Assembly (NCBI GenBank): GCA_012295275.1
Contig: CM022677.1
Span: forward strand, 4,650,001 to 4,714,000
Reading direction: 5' to 3'
From: Chrysomallon squamiferum
Taxonomy: Eukaryota > Animalia > Mollusca
DNA: 64,000 bases
This document shows positions 1 to 12,568 of this stretch, in pieces (the first letter of the stretch is position 1; each line of letters begins with the position of its first letter). The notes under the pieces are model-generated. The model was not told the DNA's origin, did not search any database, and worked only from the letters and a program-made list of their open reading frames with translations. The translations under genes were made by a program, and so were the position numbers.

Positions 1-1079
1 TTTTGTTTCAGAGTACAGCCTTGAGAAGGTATTGGCCACAAGTTCATCCTCCTTGGATCCTGATCTAACCAGTGTCCTAAGTTTTTCTCGTTTTGAAAAC
101 GTTTGTATTAAAAATAATTTGAAAAATAAGCCACTTAGAAGATTTCCTCTCTTGTTTTACGTAAATTCTTTTACTGTTTTATTGCTTACTACTACACAAC
201 ACTATGTAAACATGTTATGTGTTACTCGTATTGCAATTGTACTATTACTTTTTTGTGCCACTAATTAGAGAGAGACATACACACATTTTTTTTTTTCAGT
301 TTTCAAAGAATTTCTGTATTGCATTTGCCAGTAACTTCATTCCAATTGTTGTTGATTTTCACTTAACGAGAGCTTTAGTTTGTTTGGAACTGGGAGTGGT
401 TGATGTCAAAGTTCAGCGTCTCTCAACAGCATCACTGGACAAGCAGACAACTTCACACAGCTCACACAGTGGTCTTGGTATTTCGAGGCAGACTCTGGAA
501 ATTGGTTGCCTTATGAGCAAGTGATTACTAATTTTATTTGATTGATGAACTACTTTTTTATTTTTTATTCTTATTTATTTTATTTTATCTTTCATTTTGT
601 TTTATTTATTTATTTATTGCCTTGCTTTAAAAAAAATTAAAAACCGACAAAAAAAAACGACATTATACGTAAGAAAGATATATAATATTTAAAGAAATGA
701 AAATTTATAAAACCACAATTTAAAAAAAAGTAAGAAGAAAGAAAGAAAGAAAGAGATGTTTAAAATGTTCATGTTAATACCTATAACATTGTGTTTCTAA
801 TATATTAATAGTTATCAAATAAAAGAATCTGTTGTATCACATTCATACATAGTCAAATAACTACACATCATCTCACACACCTGATATTACATTACATATA
901 TCATACATCATACCCATATGATATATCACATTACACATATTATAATATTATATAAAACAGCATATTGTGTTTATTTTAGGAAAGTCTGCAGTATACTCTT
1001 GAACTGAAGTACTTGGCTGGGCAACCATTTTATAATTTTGAAACAGACAAATATCAGTATGAAATACATTTTTGCCAGA

Positions 1080-1082
<3 letters not shown>

Positions 1083-1160
<78 letters not shown>
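1083..1160. repeat. (CT)n microsatellite replacing the end of the WWE exon
   Basis: Pure CT tract starting directly after the codons for CQMT. Confidence 0.95.
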
Positions 1161-1162
<2 letters not shown>

Positions 1163-1250
1163 ATTTACTTATTTTTATTATATAATAAAATTCAGAGTTC
1201 ATCGATGTCTTTCGTCCAAGAAGTTTCCACGTTCACCAACTCTCCCAGAC

Positions 1251-1435
1251 AACTGGTTCCCTGTAGACTGTTACCAACCAGTAGAACTGGTTCCCTGTAG
1301 ACTGTTACCAACCAGTAGAACTGGTGAAACTCTAGACTGTTACCCACCAGTAGAACTGGTGAAACTCTAGACTGTTACCAACCAGTAGAACTGGTTCCCT
1401 GTAGACTGTTACCAGGCAGTAGAACTGGTGAAACT
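1251..1435 (+). repeat. 34-35 bp minisatellite (5 units) expanded inside a PARP exon
   Basis: Unit AACTGGTTCCCTGTAGACTGTTACCAACCAGTAG and a variant; introduces an in-frame TAG. Confidence 0.9.
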
Positions 1436-1769
1436 AAAACTTGATGACTTCACCGAAGACGAAGAGGTGAAAACTGTGATGAAATTATTTTTCCCTACCA
1501 TGAACAAATCGGAAGTCAAATTGAAATCTTTGTTTCGCATTCAGAATCTACCCATGTGGTACTGTAGGTAAGAGTCCACAATTTATGACACTGTTTACAT
1601 ACAATTAAATAGCCTAAATACATTATGTATACTTCAAGATATGTTTTATTTATTTATTTATCATCATCATTATCATCATATTTTTTTTATCCAATCTTAG
1701 TTCATAAATCATTTATTATACATGATTTGTACTGCCTCAGATACAGGTGTTTAATCCGTATCTCATCCT

Positions 1770-2340
1770 TAAATAATAAATCAGTGATAGATATTTAATC
1801 AGTATGTAGTCATAAAATAAATAATCAATGAAAGATATTAATCAGTAATTTTTCATTAAATAATAAATCAGTGATAGATATTTAATCTGTATGTACTCAT
1901 TAAATAAATAATCAATGAAAGATATTAATCAGTAATTTTTCATTAAATAATAAATCAGTGATAGATCTTTAATTAAATAAATAAAAATCAGTTTTCATTA
2001 AATAATAAATCAGTGATAGATCTTTAATCAGTATGTACTCATTAAATAAATAATCAATGATAGATCTTTAATCAGTATGTACTGATTAAATTAATAATTA
2101 GTGATAGATGTTTAATCAGTATGTACTCATTAAATAAATAATGAATGAAAGATATTAATCAGTAAGTTTTCATTAAATAATAATTAGTGATAGACGTTTA
2201 ATCAGTATGTACTCATTAAATAAATAATCAATGATAGATCTTTAATCAGTATGTACTGATTAAATTAATAATTAGTGATAGATGTTTAATCAGTATGTAC
2301 TCATTAAATAAATAATGAATGATCGATGTTTAATCTTTAA
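1770..2340. repeat. AT-rich ~40 bp degenerate tandem repeat in PARP intron
   Basis: Recurring TAAATAATAAATCAGTGATAGAT..TTTAATCAGTATGTACTCAT. Confidence 0.85.
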
Positions 2341-3634
2341 ATAAACAATCAATATTTGATTAATATTTTCTCATGCTAATTAAATAAATGATTGATTTAC
2401 AACTGTAAAGGGAAGATATATGATATATTTCAGTAGTGTTGGAAACAAACAACTGACCTTCAACAGCCATCTGTAGTTTTATGAAAGAAATAGCTGATCT
2501 CCAGATAGTTGAGAAGTAAGCAATCGTTCGAGACCAAATGTTTTTTTCTCTTTTGCAGTATGAGAAATGCAATGTCGATGAAGAGGGATGATGAAGGAGA
2601 TATTAACGAACGATTTCTCTTTCATGGAACCAGTGATGACGTCAGTGTCATACGTGGAATCTGCCACAACAACATCGACTTCAGACTGAACGGCAAACAT
2701 GGAACATCGTACGGAAAGGGGGCTTATTTTGCCCGGGATGCCAAATACAGATCACAGCTTGAAATGCTTAGCTGTTATTATTTTTATTAGTATTATTTTA
2801 TTAGTACTAGTAATAAACAATTCAACGAAATAGTGTCTTACATGCATTCATTTTACCATATTATATTATCTTGATTACTCATAAACAACAAGTAAAATTT
2901 ACCAAAGTGTTATATTTGTTTTTATTCTATAACTATAGTTTATTACAGCACAATTTAACTATTTAGTGAAATGTAATGTTTTAGTCTTGTGTAATTTCCA
3001 CACACAACAAATACTAATTGGAAAATATATAAAATGCTAACTACAAAATGCTTATTTCCCGTTGTAGATCTCTCACACCAAAGTTGATTAATAAACACTT
3101 TTTCATCTAACCAATTTATTTCTTTAAAAGAAGCATAAACAACCAGAAATAGTAACTGGAAAAGTGTAATGACCCAGTTAAATAAACACTACATAAAGAG
3201 ATTTTCAGAGAGAAAGAAAACAAAACTAAATCACACACACTTTACAGCTTTAGTTCAGTTATTTCAGAAATGCTAAATAACAAGGTTTGAAACTGTTCAC
3301 ATTTCGTAGTTTAAATGTGATCTATGGCTACAGTATCATGGACAGTTTCAAGTCACAACATACATGTACAGGGGAAAAGACCGCGTGTGTGTTTGCGTGT
3401 GTATATGTGTGTGCGTGTGTGTATGTGTGTATGTGTGTGTGTTTATAAGCTGGAGGGCATACATGCGTATATATATGTATGTATGTATGATTCTTTCTGT
3501 TTCGTTTACAAATGTATTAAGATAAATGAGGACCTTCGTACTAAATTAAATATCTGAAGTTTAAAAATCATCATTATAAATTAAATTAACAATGTTATAA
3601 GATAATGTTAATGAGAAGAGACTGAATATTACTA

Positions 3635-3720
3635 AACTGCTGATTAGCAACAAGAGTGTTTTATTGCACCTTCTCACAGACAGTACACGACATACCACAA
3701 CATGTTATAAACACTGATTA
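3635..3720. mobile_element. Possible degraded fragment of a gastropod SINE-like interspersed repeat
   Basis: GATTAGCAACAAGAG..TTTTATTGCACC..CACAGACAG..ACATACCAC resembles, from memory only, a repeat abundant in some gastropod genomes; unverified. Confidence 0.25.
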
Positions 3721-3847
3721 GTATTAATTCCGTGCAAACTATTCTGTTACAAGTGAGAAAACAAAATTTGCCACACTTTTTTTTTCTTTTTAAGAAAATT
3801 GCAAAATAATTTTGGATCTGAAATCTACATTATTCTATTTATTTTTT

Positions 3848-3935
<88 letters not shown>

Positions 3936-4074
3936 TTATTATTTCAAAACTAAATACATTCTACGCTTACCGGATATAAGACATTATTACAAAAGAGTCC
4001 CACAAATATTGTCTACACTCGGCGTACATTTTGGATGACGCTCACCTGCTCACTGACTTCTGATCCTCATGTTA

Positions 4075-5754
4075 TCAATATGGAGAGATGTGAACACCTG
4101 GTGGTGATTTGGGATCAGAGAACATCTTCAAACACAGATTTCTCCGCAGCCGTGATCTTTGTACATTGCATCTCTGATTGTCGAATGTCTTCTCATTATC
4201 GAACTCGGGGAAAACCTCGTCTTCAACAACTTCCTTCTCAGCTAGTCGGCTGCCTTCGCGTCCGTGTAAAAATACCTCTGACGTCATCTCCACTATGACG
4301 TCCCAAGCCTAGGTAATATCTTTGTCGCAGGCTCTTTCCGCGCAAATAACGAAGCGAATGACGAAGTGTTCGTTCACTAATGCTGTACCACGTGTAGATT
4401 CAGGGAACCATTGACCATGCGCAATAGCTTCTCAGTTAAAGAGTTCGGCCCTTGAAAAAAAAGTATTGTTTCGGGTAATTGCCAGACTGTTTTAAATAAT
4501 TGATACATAAATATATTTATTTTCAGATTTATATTTCCTTTCCTCATTTGTTTATTATTTATTTATTTCATTATTTATTTTATTATTTATTATTATTATT
4601 ATTATTATTATATTTATGTGTGTGTGTGTTTACTTATTTGCATCACTGTTATCATTGAAGCAGTTACTATTCAATTATTTATTTATTTATTTATCTATTT
4701 ATTTATTATGTATTTACTTATTTATTTATTTATCTATTTATTTATTATGTATTTACTGATTTATTTATTATGCTTACTATTTTATTAATGTTTTTTATTT
4801 TTGTTTTGTGTTTTTTATTTGTTGCTCTATAAATAAATTAACATCTTATGCTAGCGAAAATTAATTACAATTTAAATCTGACCTTAAGACGGAAACAAAC
4901 GAGACCCATGGTAACTTCTCCGAGTATTTCAAACCGATCATCTTCTTCTACCAGACTTTCAAACAGTTTCGCCAGACGAACATGCTGAATAGTAACTTAT
5001 ATAAATATATACTGCTAACAAGATAATAATTATCTGAGAGAAAACACATTGTCTGTGTCACACAATAATAATAAAAATAATATACGGATGTTTTTATCAT
5101 GATTATGTGATATTGTGAAGATGATCAGTGCTGTTCTTTAACACAAAATATTAATATTTCAAAGAAGACTTCGTCAAAAATAATGCACAGATAAAAACAC
5201 AGGTAAATAAATGCAAATACCTGAGACTACCTTGTGTTACTTGTAAGTACCTAACATACACGACATTTATTGTACATATTAAGATATAAATCATATGTAT
5301 TACTTAATTACATATTTTGTTGAAATGGAACCTACATGTCCCATTTGGTGCAGCAATATATAATTTAAAAAACAAAAGAACAAAAGCAAAGTAATGGAAT
5401 ATATAAATGAAAAAATAGCCTACCGATATGATTTATTTTATTTAAAGTCGGTTGTCATTCTATTATAGAGACAAATTTAATATAATTTACCCGATTTATA
5501 TGTTAATTTGTTTTATTAATCATAATGTTTGTTATTATTGGTGTTATTATTTGTATCATGATCATTATTATTTGTTAATATTCTTGTACTAATAATTGTT
5601 AACTCATCAAGAACGAGAACTTTGCTATTTCACCAAATGTGACTGTCAAACTTACCTCCCTTATACGATGCTGAAGCCCTTCAACGCCGTAGGTTCGTAA
5701 AACGAACCAAAGTTTCAGAGATCGAAACCGCCTGCCTAAAGGTATTCCCCAGTG
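4075..5754 (-). pseudogene. Tdc: Tyrosine decarboxylase (group II PLP aromatic amino-acid decarboxylase) pseudogene, last three exons only: 5754-5656, 4984-4883, ~4451-4075
   Basis: 99-nt exon [33 protein letters not shown] and 102-nt exon [34 protein letters not shown], both GT-AG bounded. Last exon reads GPNSLTEKLLRMVNGSLNLHVV/(1-nt loss)ALVNEHFVIRFVICAERACDKDIT*AWDVI..RRNLCLKMFSDPK. The MxSDPK tail is typical of Tdc. Lesions: acceptor reads CAA in the needed phase, a frameshift near 4386, and an in-frame TAG near 4310. Confidence 0.88.
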
Positions 5755-5856
5755 CTGAAAGATGAACAAATTATTAATCAATTAAATAACTACGCCCCCT
5801 CTTCCTGATACGTTCATAAAAGTTTTGGGCAGACCAATCAGTTTTCCTGAAGGGAA

Positions 5857-5902
<46 letters not shown>

Positions 5903-6029
5903 CAGATAATAAATATAACAAAAAGAAAGAAGGATAAGAAGATACAAAATAATAAAGAACCAAAAAGAAAAGATTAGAAATTTATAAGTATAACAAGAAA
6001 CAAAATGAGAAAACAACCAAGTATATTGA

Positions 6030-7590
6030 GCACTGATTGTATGCTTAATGTATATGTTTGTATATGTATCTATAATCTGCATGTGCATATATTATGTATT
6101 TATTGTACATGTTTGTATATGTATCTATTATCTGTGTGTGCATATATTATATTATGTGTATGTTTATTGTATATGTTTGTATATGTATCTATAATCTGTG
6201 TGTGCATATATTATATTATGTGTATGTTTATTGTATATGTTTGTATATGTATCTATAATCTGTATGTGCATATATTATATTATGTGTATGTTTATTGTAT
6301 GTGTTTGTATATGTATCTATAATCTGTGTGTGGATGTATTATATTATGTGTATGTTTATTGTATGTGTTTGTATAGGTATCTATAATCTGTATGTGCATA
6401 TATTATATTATGTGTATGTTTATTGTATATGTTTATATATGTATCTATTATCTGTGTGTGCATATATTATATTATGTGTATGTTTAATGTATATGTTTGT
6501 ATATGTATATATTATCTGCATGTGCATATATTATATTATGTGTATGTTTATTGTATATATTTGTATAATCTGTGTGTGCATATATTATATTATGTGTATG
6601 TTTATTGTATATATTTGTATAATCTGTGTGTGCATATATTATATTTTGTGTATGTTTATTGTATATGTTTGTATATGTATCTATAATCTGTGTGTGGATA
6701 TATTATATTATGTGTATGTTTATTGTATATATTTGTATATGTATCTATAATCTGTGTTTGCATATATTATATTATGTGTATGTTTATTGTATATGTTTGT
6801 ATATGTATCTATAATCTGTGTGTGCATATATTATATTATGTGTATGTTTATTGTATATATTTGTATAATCTGTGTGTGCATATATTATATTTTGTGTATG
6901 TTTATCGTATATGTTTGTATATGTATCTATTATCTGTGTGTGCATATATTATATTATGTGTATGTTTATTGTATATATTTGTATATATATCTATAATCTG
7001 CATGTGCATATATTATATTATGTGTATGTTTATTGTACATGTTTGTATATGTATCTATTATCTGTGTGTGCATATATTATATTATGTGTATGTTTATTGT
7101 ATATGTTTGTGTATGTATCTATAATCTGCATGTGCATATATTATATTATGTGTATGTTTATTGTATATGTTTGTATATGTATCTATAATTTGTGTGTGCA
7201 TATATTATATTATGTGTATGTTTATTGTATATGTTTGTATATGTATCTATAATCTGTATGTGCATATATTATATTATGTGTATGTTTATTGTATATGTTT
7301 GTATATGTATCTATAATCTGTGTGTGCATATATTATGTGTATGTTTATTGTATATGTTTGTATATGTATCTATAATCTGTATGTGCATATATTATATTAT
7401 GTGTATGTTTATTGTATATGTTTGTATATGTATCTATAATCTGTATGTGCATATATATATTATATTATGTGTATGTTTATTGTATATGTTTGTATATGTA
7501 TCTATAATCTGTATGTGCATATATTATATTATGTGTATGTTTATTGTATATGTTTGTATATGTATCTATAATCTGCATGTGCATATATTA
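6030..7590. repeat. ~64 bp minisatellite, more than 20 units
   Basis: Unit TATGTATCTATAATCTGTGTGTGCATATATTATATTATGTGTATGTTTATTGTATATGTTTGTA with shorter variants; source of the overlapping Cys/Tyr/Ile ORFs. Confidence 0.95.
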
Positions 7591-7915
7591 TATATATTTG
7601 TCAATGTTTGTCAAAAAGAGCATTTGGACACATACATTAAGAAAAAAGAAGAAGAGGAAAAAACAAATATAGAAGACTGAATTACCAGAAATATAACAAC
7701 AGTTGTCTGTATGTATGTCTGAGTCTGAAATAATTAGAATATGTAGATTAAGACAAAAATAACAACAACAGGATTGAATATAAGAAGAAACAAGAATAAA
7801 GACAAAGACTAAAATAAAATAGAATTGGAGAAAAACAAGAACCACGATGACTGAAGAATATGAAAACAAAACCTTTAGTTATTTATATATATACATACAT
7901 TTCTATATCTATATC

Positions 7916-7977
<62 letters not shown>

Positions 7978-8814
7978 AATGGTTGTTTATCCTACAAAAG
8001 TAATAAATAAAATTAGATTACTTAAGAAATATAATATTTATCATTAATAACCTTGTCATTCATTGGAAATAAAAACAGATTATTATTTAAAAGTTACCCA
8101 AAGTATTAAAATTACAACACAGCAGTCAAAGCCATTAGTCACTGATATTTCTCTAATCTTTATTGAAGCCAGTAATCTTAATTTAGAACAAATGTTAATT
8201 ACAAATTAACATAAAAACAGTTCCTCATATTATTCTCCAATACAAAATTCAGTAGTAAAATAAAATTATATCAATAATCTATTTTTAAAAAAAACGAAGA
8301 AAACAAATCCAAAATGTTCTTTGTCTGTATGTAATATTTTTTCATTAATCATTTTTATATCTATTTTTCAAAACTAAAAGAAAGTAACATAATCATTTTT
8401 TTTATGAAAAATGTATGAATACACAAAACCTGTAATATAATTTATAAGTGTTTTTATTATAATTTAAAAATTGTAATTTAACAAAAGAAATGTGTCAATA
8501 AAGTGTAGGTAGGAATTCAGTATAAAAAGATATATTACAAACAAACAGACTCCATCATAAAAAAAAATTAAAATAATTTTACAGAAAATTAAACCATTTT
8601 TCTACATACAACAAAATCAATTTGACAGTTCAACATTTGTTCATAAACTTGATTTCTCAGTCATACATACATCCTCATACTTCATTTCTCAATTATAAAA
8701 AGTCCACAATCATAAAATTAAATACAATTTAGGCCATAATAAATACCTGTAGTTTTGTGCAAATACAACAAACCTCAGTATTTGATAATAAAGAGAGATT
8801 TACAAAATGTATCA

Positions 8815-9230
8815 AATCAGAGACAATACATTCATTATAATAGTCTGATTTAAACACTGTATCAGAGACAATACATTCATTATAATAGTCTGATTTAAAC
8901 ACTGTATCAGAGACAATACATTCATTATAATAGTCTGATTTAAACACTGTATCAGAGACAAACATTCATTAATTATAATAGTCTGATTTAAACACTGTAT
9001 CAGAGACAATACATTCATTATAATAGTCTGATTTAAACACTGTATCAGAGACAATACATTCATTATAATAGTCTGATTTAAACACTGTATCAGAGACAAT
9101 ACATTCATTATAATAGTCTGATTTAAATGCTGTATCAGAGAATACATTCATTATAATAGTCTGATTGAAACACTGTATCAGAGACAATACATTCATTATA
9201 ATAGTCTGATTGAAATGCTGTATTAGATAT
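8815..9230. repeat. 45 bp tandem repeat (~9 units)
   Basis: Unit ATCAGAGACAATACATTCATTATAATAGTCTGATTTAAACACTGT. Confidence 0.95.
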
Positions 9231-10279
9231 ATTGTGCAGTTTACTGAATAAAAAACAACAACACAGTTATCACATATGGTACTCCAGAATAGCATACTCA
9301 CAGACTGTTACATATAAATAATATAAATCAACATAATTTATTAAAACACTAAAGTATAATATAAATCAACATAATTTATTAAAACACTAAAGTATAACAT
9401 AAATCAACAGTATTTACTAAAACACTTAAGTATAATACTGACTGCTACAGAGATAAAACCAGAACAAATAAACACCAAACAAACCAGTCATGTATCAGCT
9501 TTGAATGATTATTGTGAATTTTATTGTTTTTTCTTTGTTTTTTTAATTTCTGATTGTACTGCTGTTACTTGAGCTGTGATTGGAATCTAGCAATAACCAA
9601 AGCAGACAGGATTACCACAAATCCCATCATTTAGTGTTAAATTATTATCAGACTGAATTTCATTTTGCTTTTTAACACTATAAACCCCGTAAATTATTTC
9701 TGACTGCATATAGTTAAATTATTATCACACCAAATTAGAATTTATCTTTTAAACCAAAATTGTTGATTGAAATATACTTATTATCATTCTGAATTTGTGT
9801 TTGCCTTTTAACACTATAAATCCTGCTGTTGATTGAAATATAGTTAAATTATTATCATATTGAATGTGATTTTATATAATGACAGACTGCATTCATTATT
9901 CACTGTTACCCTGAACAGCTGAATAAAAATGTTCTTCAGTTGTTAAGATGTTCATATTCAGGTTTGATAACTCTAGCTTACAATATAAATAATTAAAGAC
10001 AGAACAGAATAATTTGAAATATTTATTTTGGAACAACTAAAAACTAATTAATAGTGAAACAAAGTGTTCGATATTGAAAGATTTCTTTATAATAACATGA
10101 ACTTTAATTGTAATCATGAACTGTTCCAAAATGAACTATTTTCTTCATGCTTGTTAACAGTTAAAGAAACACAGTTAAAGATAAAGTGAAAAAACCAGAA
10201 GAGTAAACCCAAACAAGAAATCTCAAATAGTTAGTCTGGAAGTGGATGCCAGATTAATCTATGAAACAGAGGTGAAGAA

Positions 10280-10640
10280 CTGAAGTACTATCTGAATGTG
10301 AACTGTTGTGTGTATGTATCAGTGAAGTGAAAATACTGAAGTACTATCTGAATGTGAACTGTTGTGTGTATGTATCAGTGAAGTGAAAATACTGAAGTAC
10401 TATCTGAATGTGAACTGTTGTGTGTATGTATCAGTGAAGTGAAAATACTGAAGTACTATCTGAATGTGAACTGATTATGTGTGACTATCTGAATGTGAAT
10501 TGAAACAAATGTATCAGTGAAGTGAAAAAATACTGAAGTACTATTACTATCTGAATGTGAACTGTTGTATCAGTTTGTATGTATTCAGTGAAGTGAAAAT
10601 ACTGAAGTACTATCTGAATGTGAACTTGTTGTGTGAAAAA
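10280..10640. repeat. 56 bp tandem repeat, later units scrambled
   Basis: Unit CTGAAGTACTATCTGAATGTGAACTGTTGTGTGTATGTATCAGTGAAGTGAAAATA. Confidence 0.9.
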
Positions 10641-11842
10641 CATCTTCCTGTCTGATTGTTGTATCAGTTGAACAAACTGAATTTTTGTTTGCCATCAACC
10701 CAACAGTTTAAACAGTTATCAGGAGTGGACACTGATTGGAAAAAACTAACTGATTAAATAAAAATGAGAATTGTTCCTGTCATCTGAAACAAATGCAATA
10801 TTACAGTAGCCTCCATAAACATGTATTAAGTGTGCACATTAAGAAATATTATTATTTCAAAATCAGACCTTTCAGTTTTTTACACGTTGGCTGCTTGATT
10901 CATGGAATTTTGGTCTGCATTTGTCACAGAAGGTGACAGACTTGTTCAGCTGACAAACATCTTCCTGTCTCTTGTTTTGGCTGCCAAAATAGTTGAACAA
11001 ACTGAATTTTTTATTTTGCCATCAACCCAACAGTTTGACTTCTGAGTTTCAATGACTGAGAAAAAATAAATAAATAAATAAATAAACAAGCAAACAAATA
11101 ATGGAATAATTTTAACTACATTAAATAAAATTAAAATATAATAATAATAATCATAAAACTAAATTAAGATGACTCGCAATACTAAATGTCAGTAACACAT
11201 AGTAGAAATGACCTTGTGATAGCAGTTAACAAGTATGAGCAGTTGTAACAAGAAAAGTGATAGAAATTAGTGTAAAAACAGCAATCTATGCCTTTAAAAA
11301 TAACAGAAGCAGATGCATTAATAGTAGTAGCAATACTAATATAATGTCATAGTATATAGTAGTAGCAGTACTGTAGCACCAAATAGTAGTAGTAGCAATA
11401 CTAATATAATGTCATAGTTTATAGTAGTAGCAGTTAAAGTAGTAGTAGTTGTAGTAATTAAAATAGTAGCAGTAGCAATAATAGTAGTAGTAGCAATGGT
11501 AGTAATACTAGTAGCAACAGTAATACTAGTAGTTGTAGTAGTAGATGTATCAGAAGTAGTAAGTTATAATCACAGAAACTGTACTGACAGCAGCAGCAGC
11601 ATTGGATGTGGTAGCTGCAGTAGTTAATATTTATTATCAGTATTTGTTACCAGTGTATTTCAATCTGTAATTTCCTTATTTATGAACATAAAGTCATTTT
11701 CTATCTAAAAATAAAAATACTACCCATAATTAAAACTAAAAAGAAAATTAATTGCATTATATTATTTTTTTTTTTTTTTTTTTTTTTTTTTTGTTGTTGT
11801 TGTCTGGTATTTTTTTTATGATGATACTACTACTACTACTAC

Positions 11843-11924
<82 letters not shown>

Positions 11925-12338
11925 TAAGTATTTTATTAAATTTTGTATTTTTAATATCATTACTCATTTCATTTATATATTAAGTTTTATATAATAATTA
12001 TTGTATTTACACTCAGCTGTTTATACATATATAAGCAAAAGCCAGACATCAAACCTCTAATAATGAAAACAAAAACATCAACAAAATTAGTTTATTAAAA
12101 AATAAAAAGCCGCTGCAAACACACTGAAGAACAGTAACACTCAAATATTATACCTAAATGAAAATGATAATCGAAAATATTAAATAAATATGTAATTAAT
12201 TTTTTTTTTTAAATTAGATTATTTTTTTTTTAAATTAATAAATCACAGAGAAAATTATAATACAAACCTGTTAACGTTTCACCAGAAATATCTCCGCACG
12301 TAGAACGGACAAAGATGTGAACATTTCTAATATTCTTT

Positions 12339-12390
<52 letters not shown>

Positions 12391-12568
12391 TGTGTGTGTT
12401 GTGTGTTAGGAAAGAAAAATATTTTTTTACGAAGTTCTGAAGGGAATAATTATTAGAATACATACGGCGGATGAATACATAATTGTTTACATTAGTCTGA
12501 AACGTTCGAATCGGTTTGTTTGTACGGATACGATTATTATAAGAAGTAAACAAAGAGACGCGGGTAAG

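Larger units (their letters stand above)
300..2750 (+). pseudogene. WWE-domain mono-ADP-ribosyltransferase (PARP11/PARP12/TIPARP-like), disrupted and 3'-truncated; exons ~300-520, 980-~1083, 1196-1567, 2559-~2750
   Basis: Manual translation. Exon 1: VQRLSTAS, then after a frame change TQWSWYFEADSGNWLPYEQ (WWE start). Exon 2: ESLQYTLELKYLAGQPFYNFETDKYQYEIHFCQMT, cut by (CT)n. Exon 3: LPDNWFPVDCYQ..VELVKL..EEVKTVMKLFFPTMNKSEVKLKSLFRIQNLPMW. Exon 4: ERFLFHGT..ICHNNIDFRLNGKHGTSYGKGAYFARDAKY (PARP H and Y motifs). GT-AG phases match (520/980 phase 0; 1567/2559 phase 2). No donor or further exon is seen after 2750. Confidence 0.85.

Noticed and set aside
12-80. Possible additional upstream PARP exon (YSLEKVLATSSSSLDPD)
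   Set aside because: An acceptor-like site is present but there is no convincing motif or donor.
6005-7680. Many overlapping Cys/Tyr/Ile-rich ORFs
   Set aside because: Translations of a 64-bp minisatellite in shifting frames; no coding signal.
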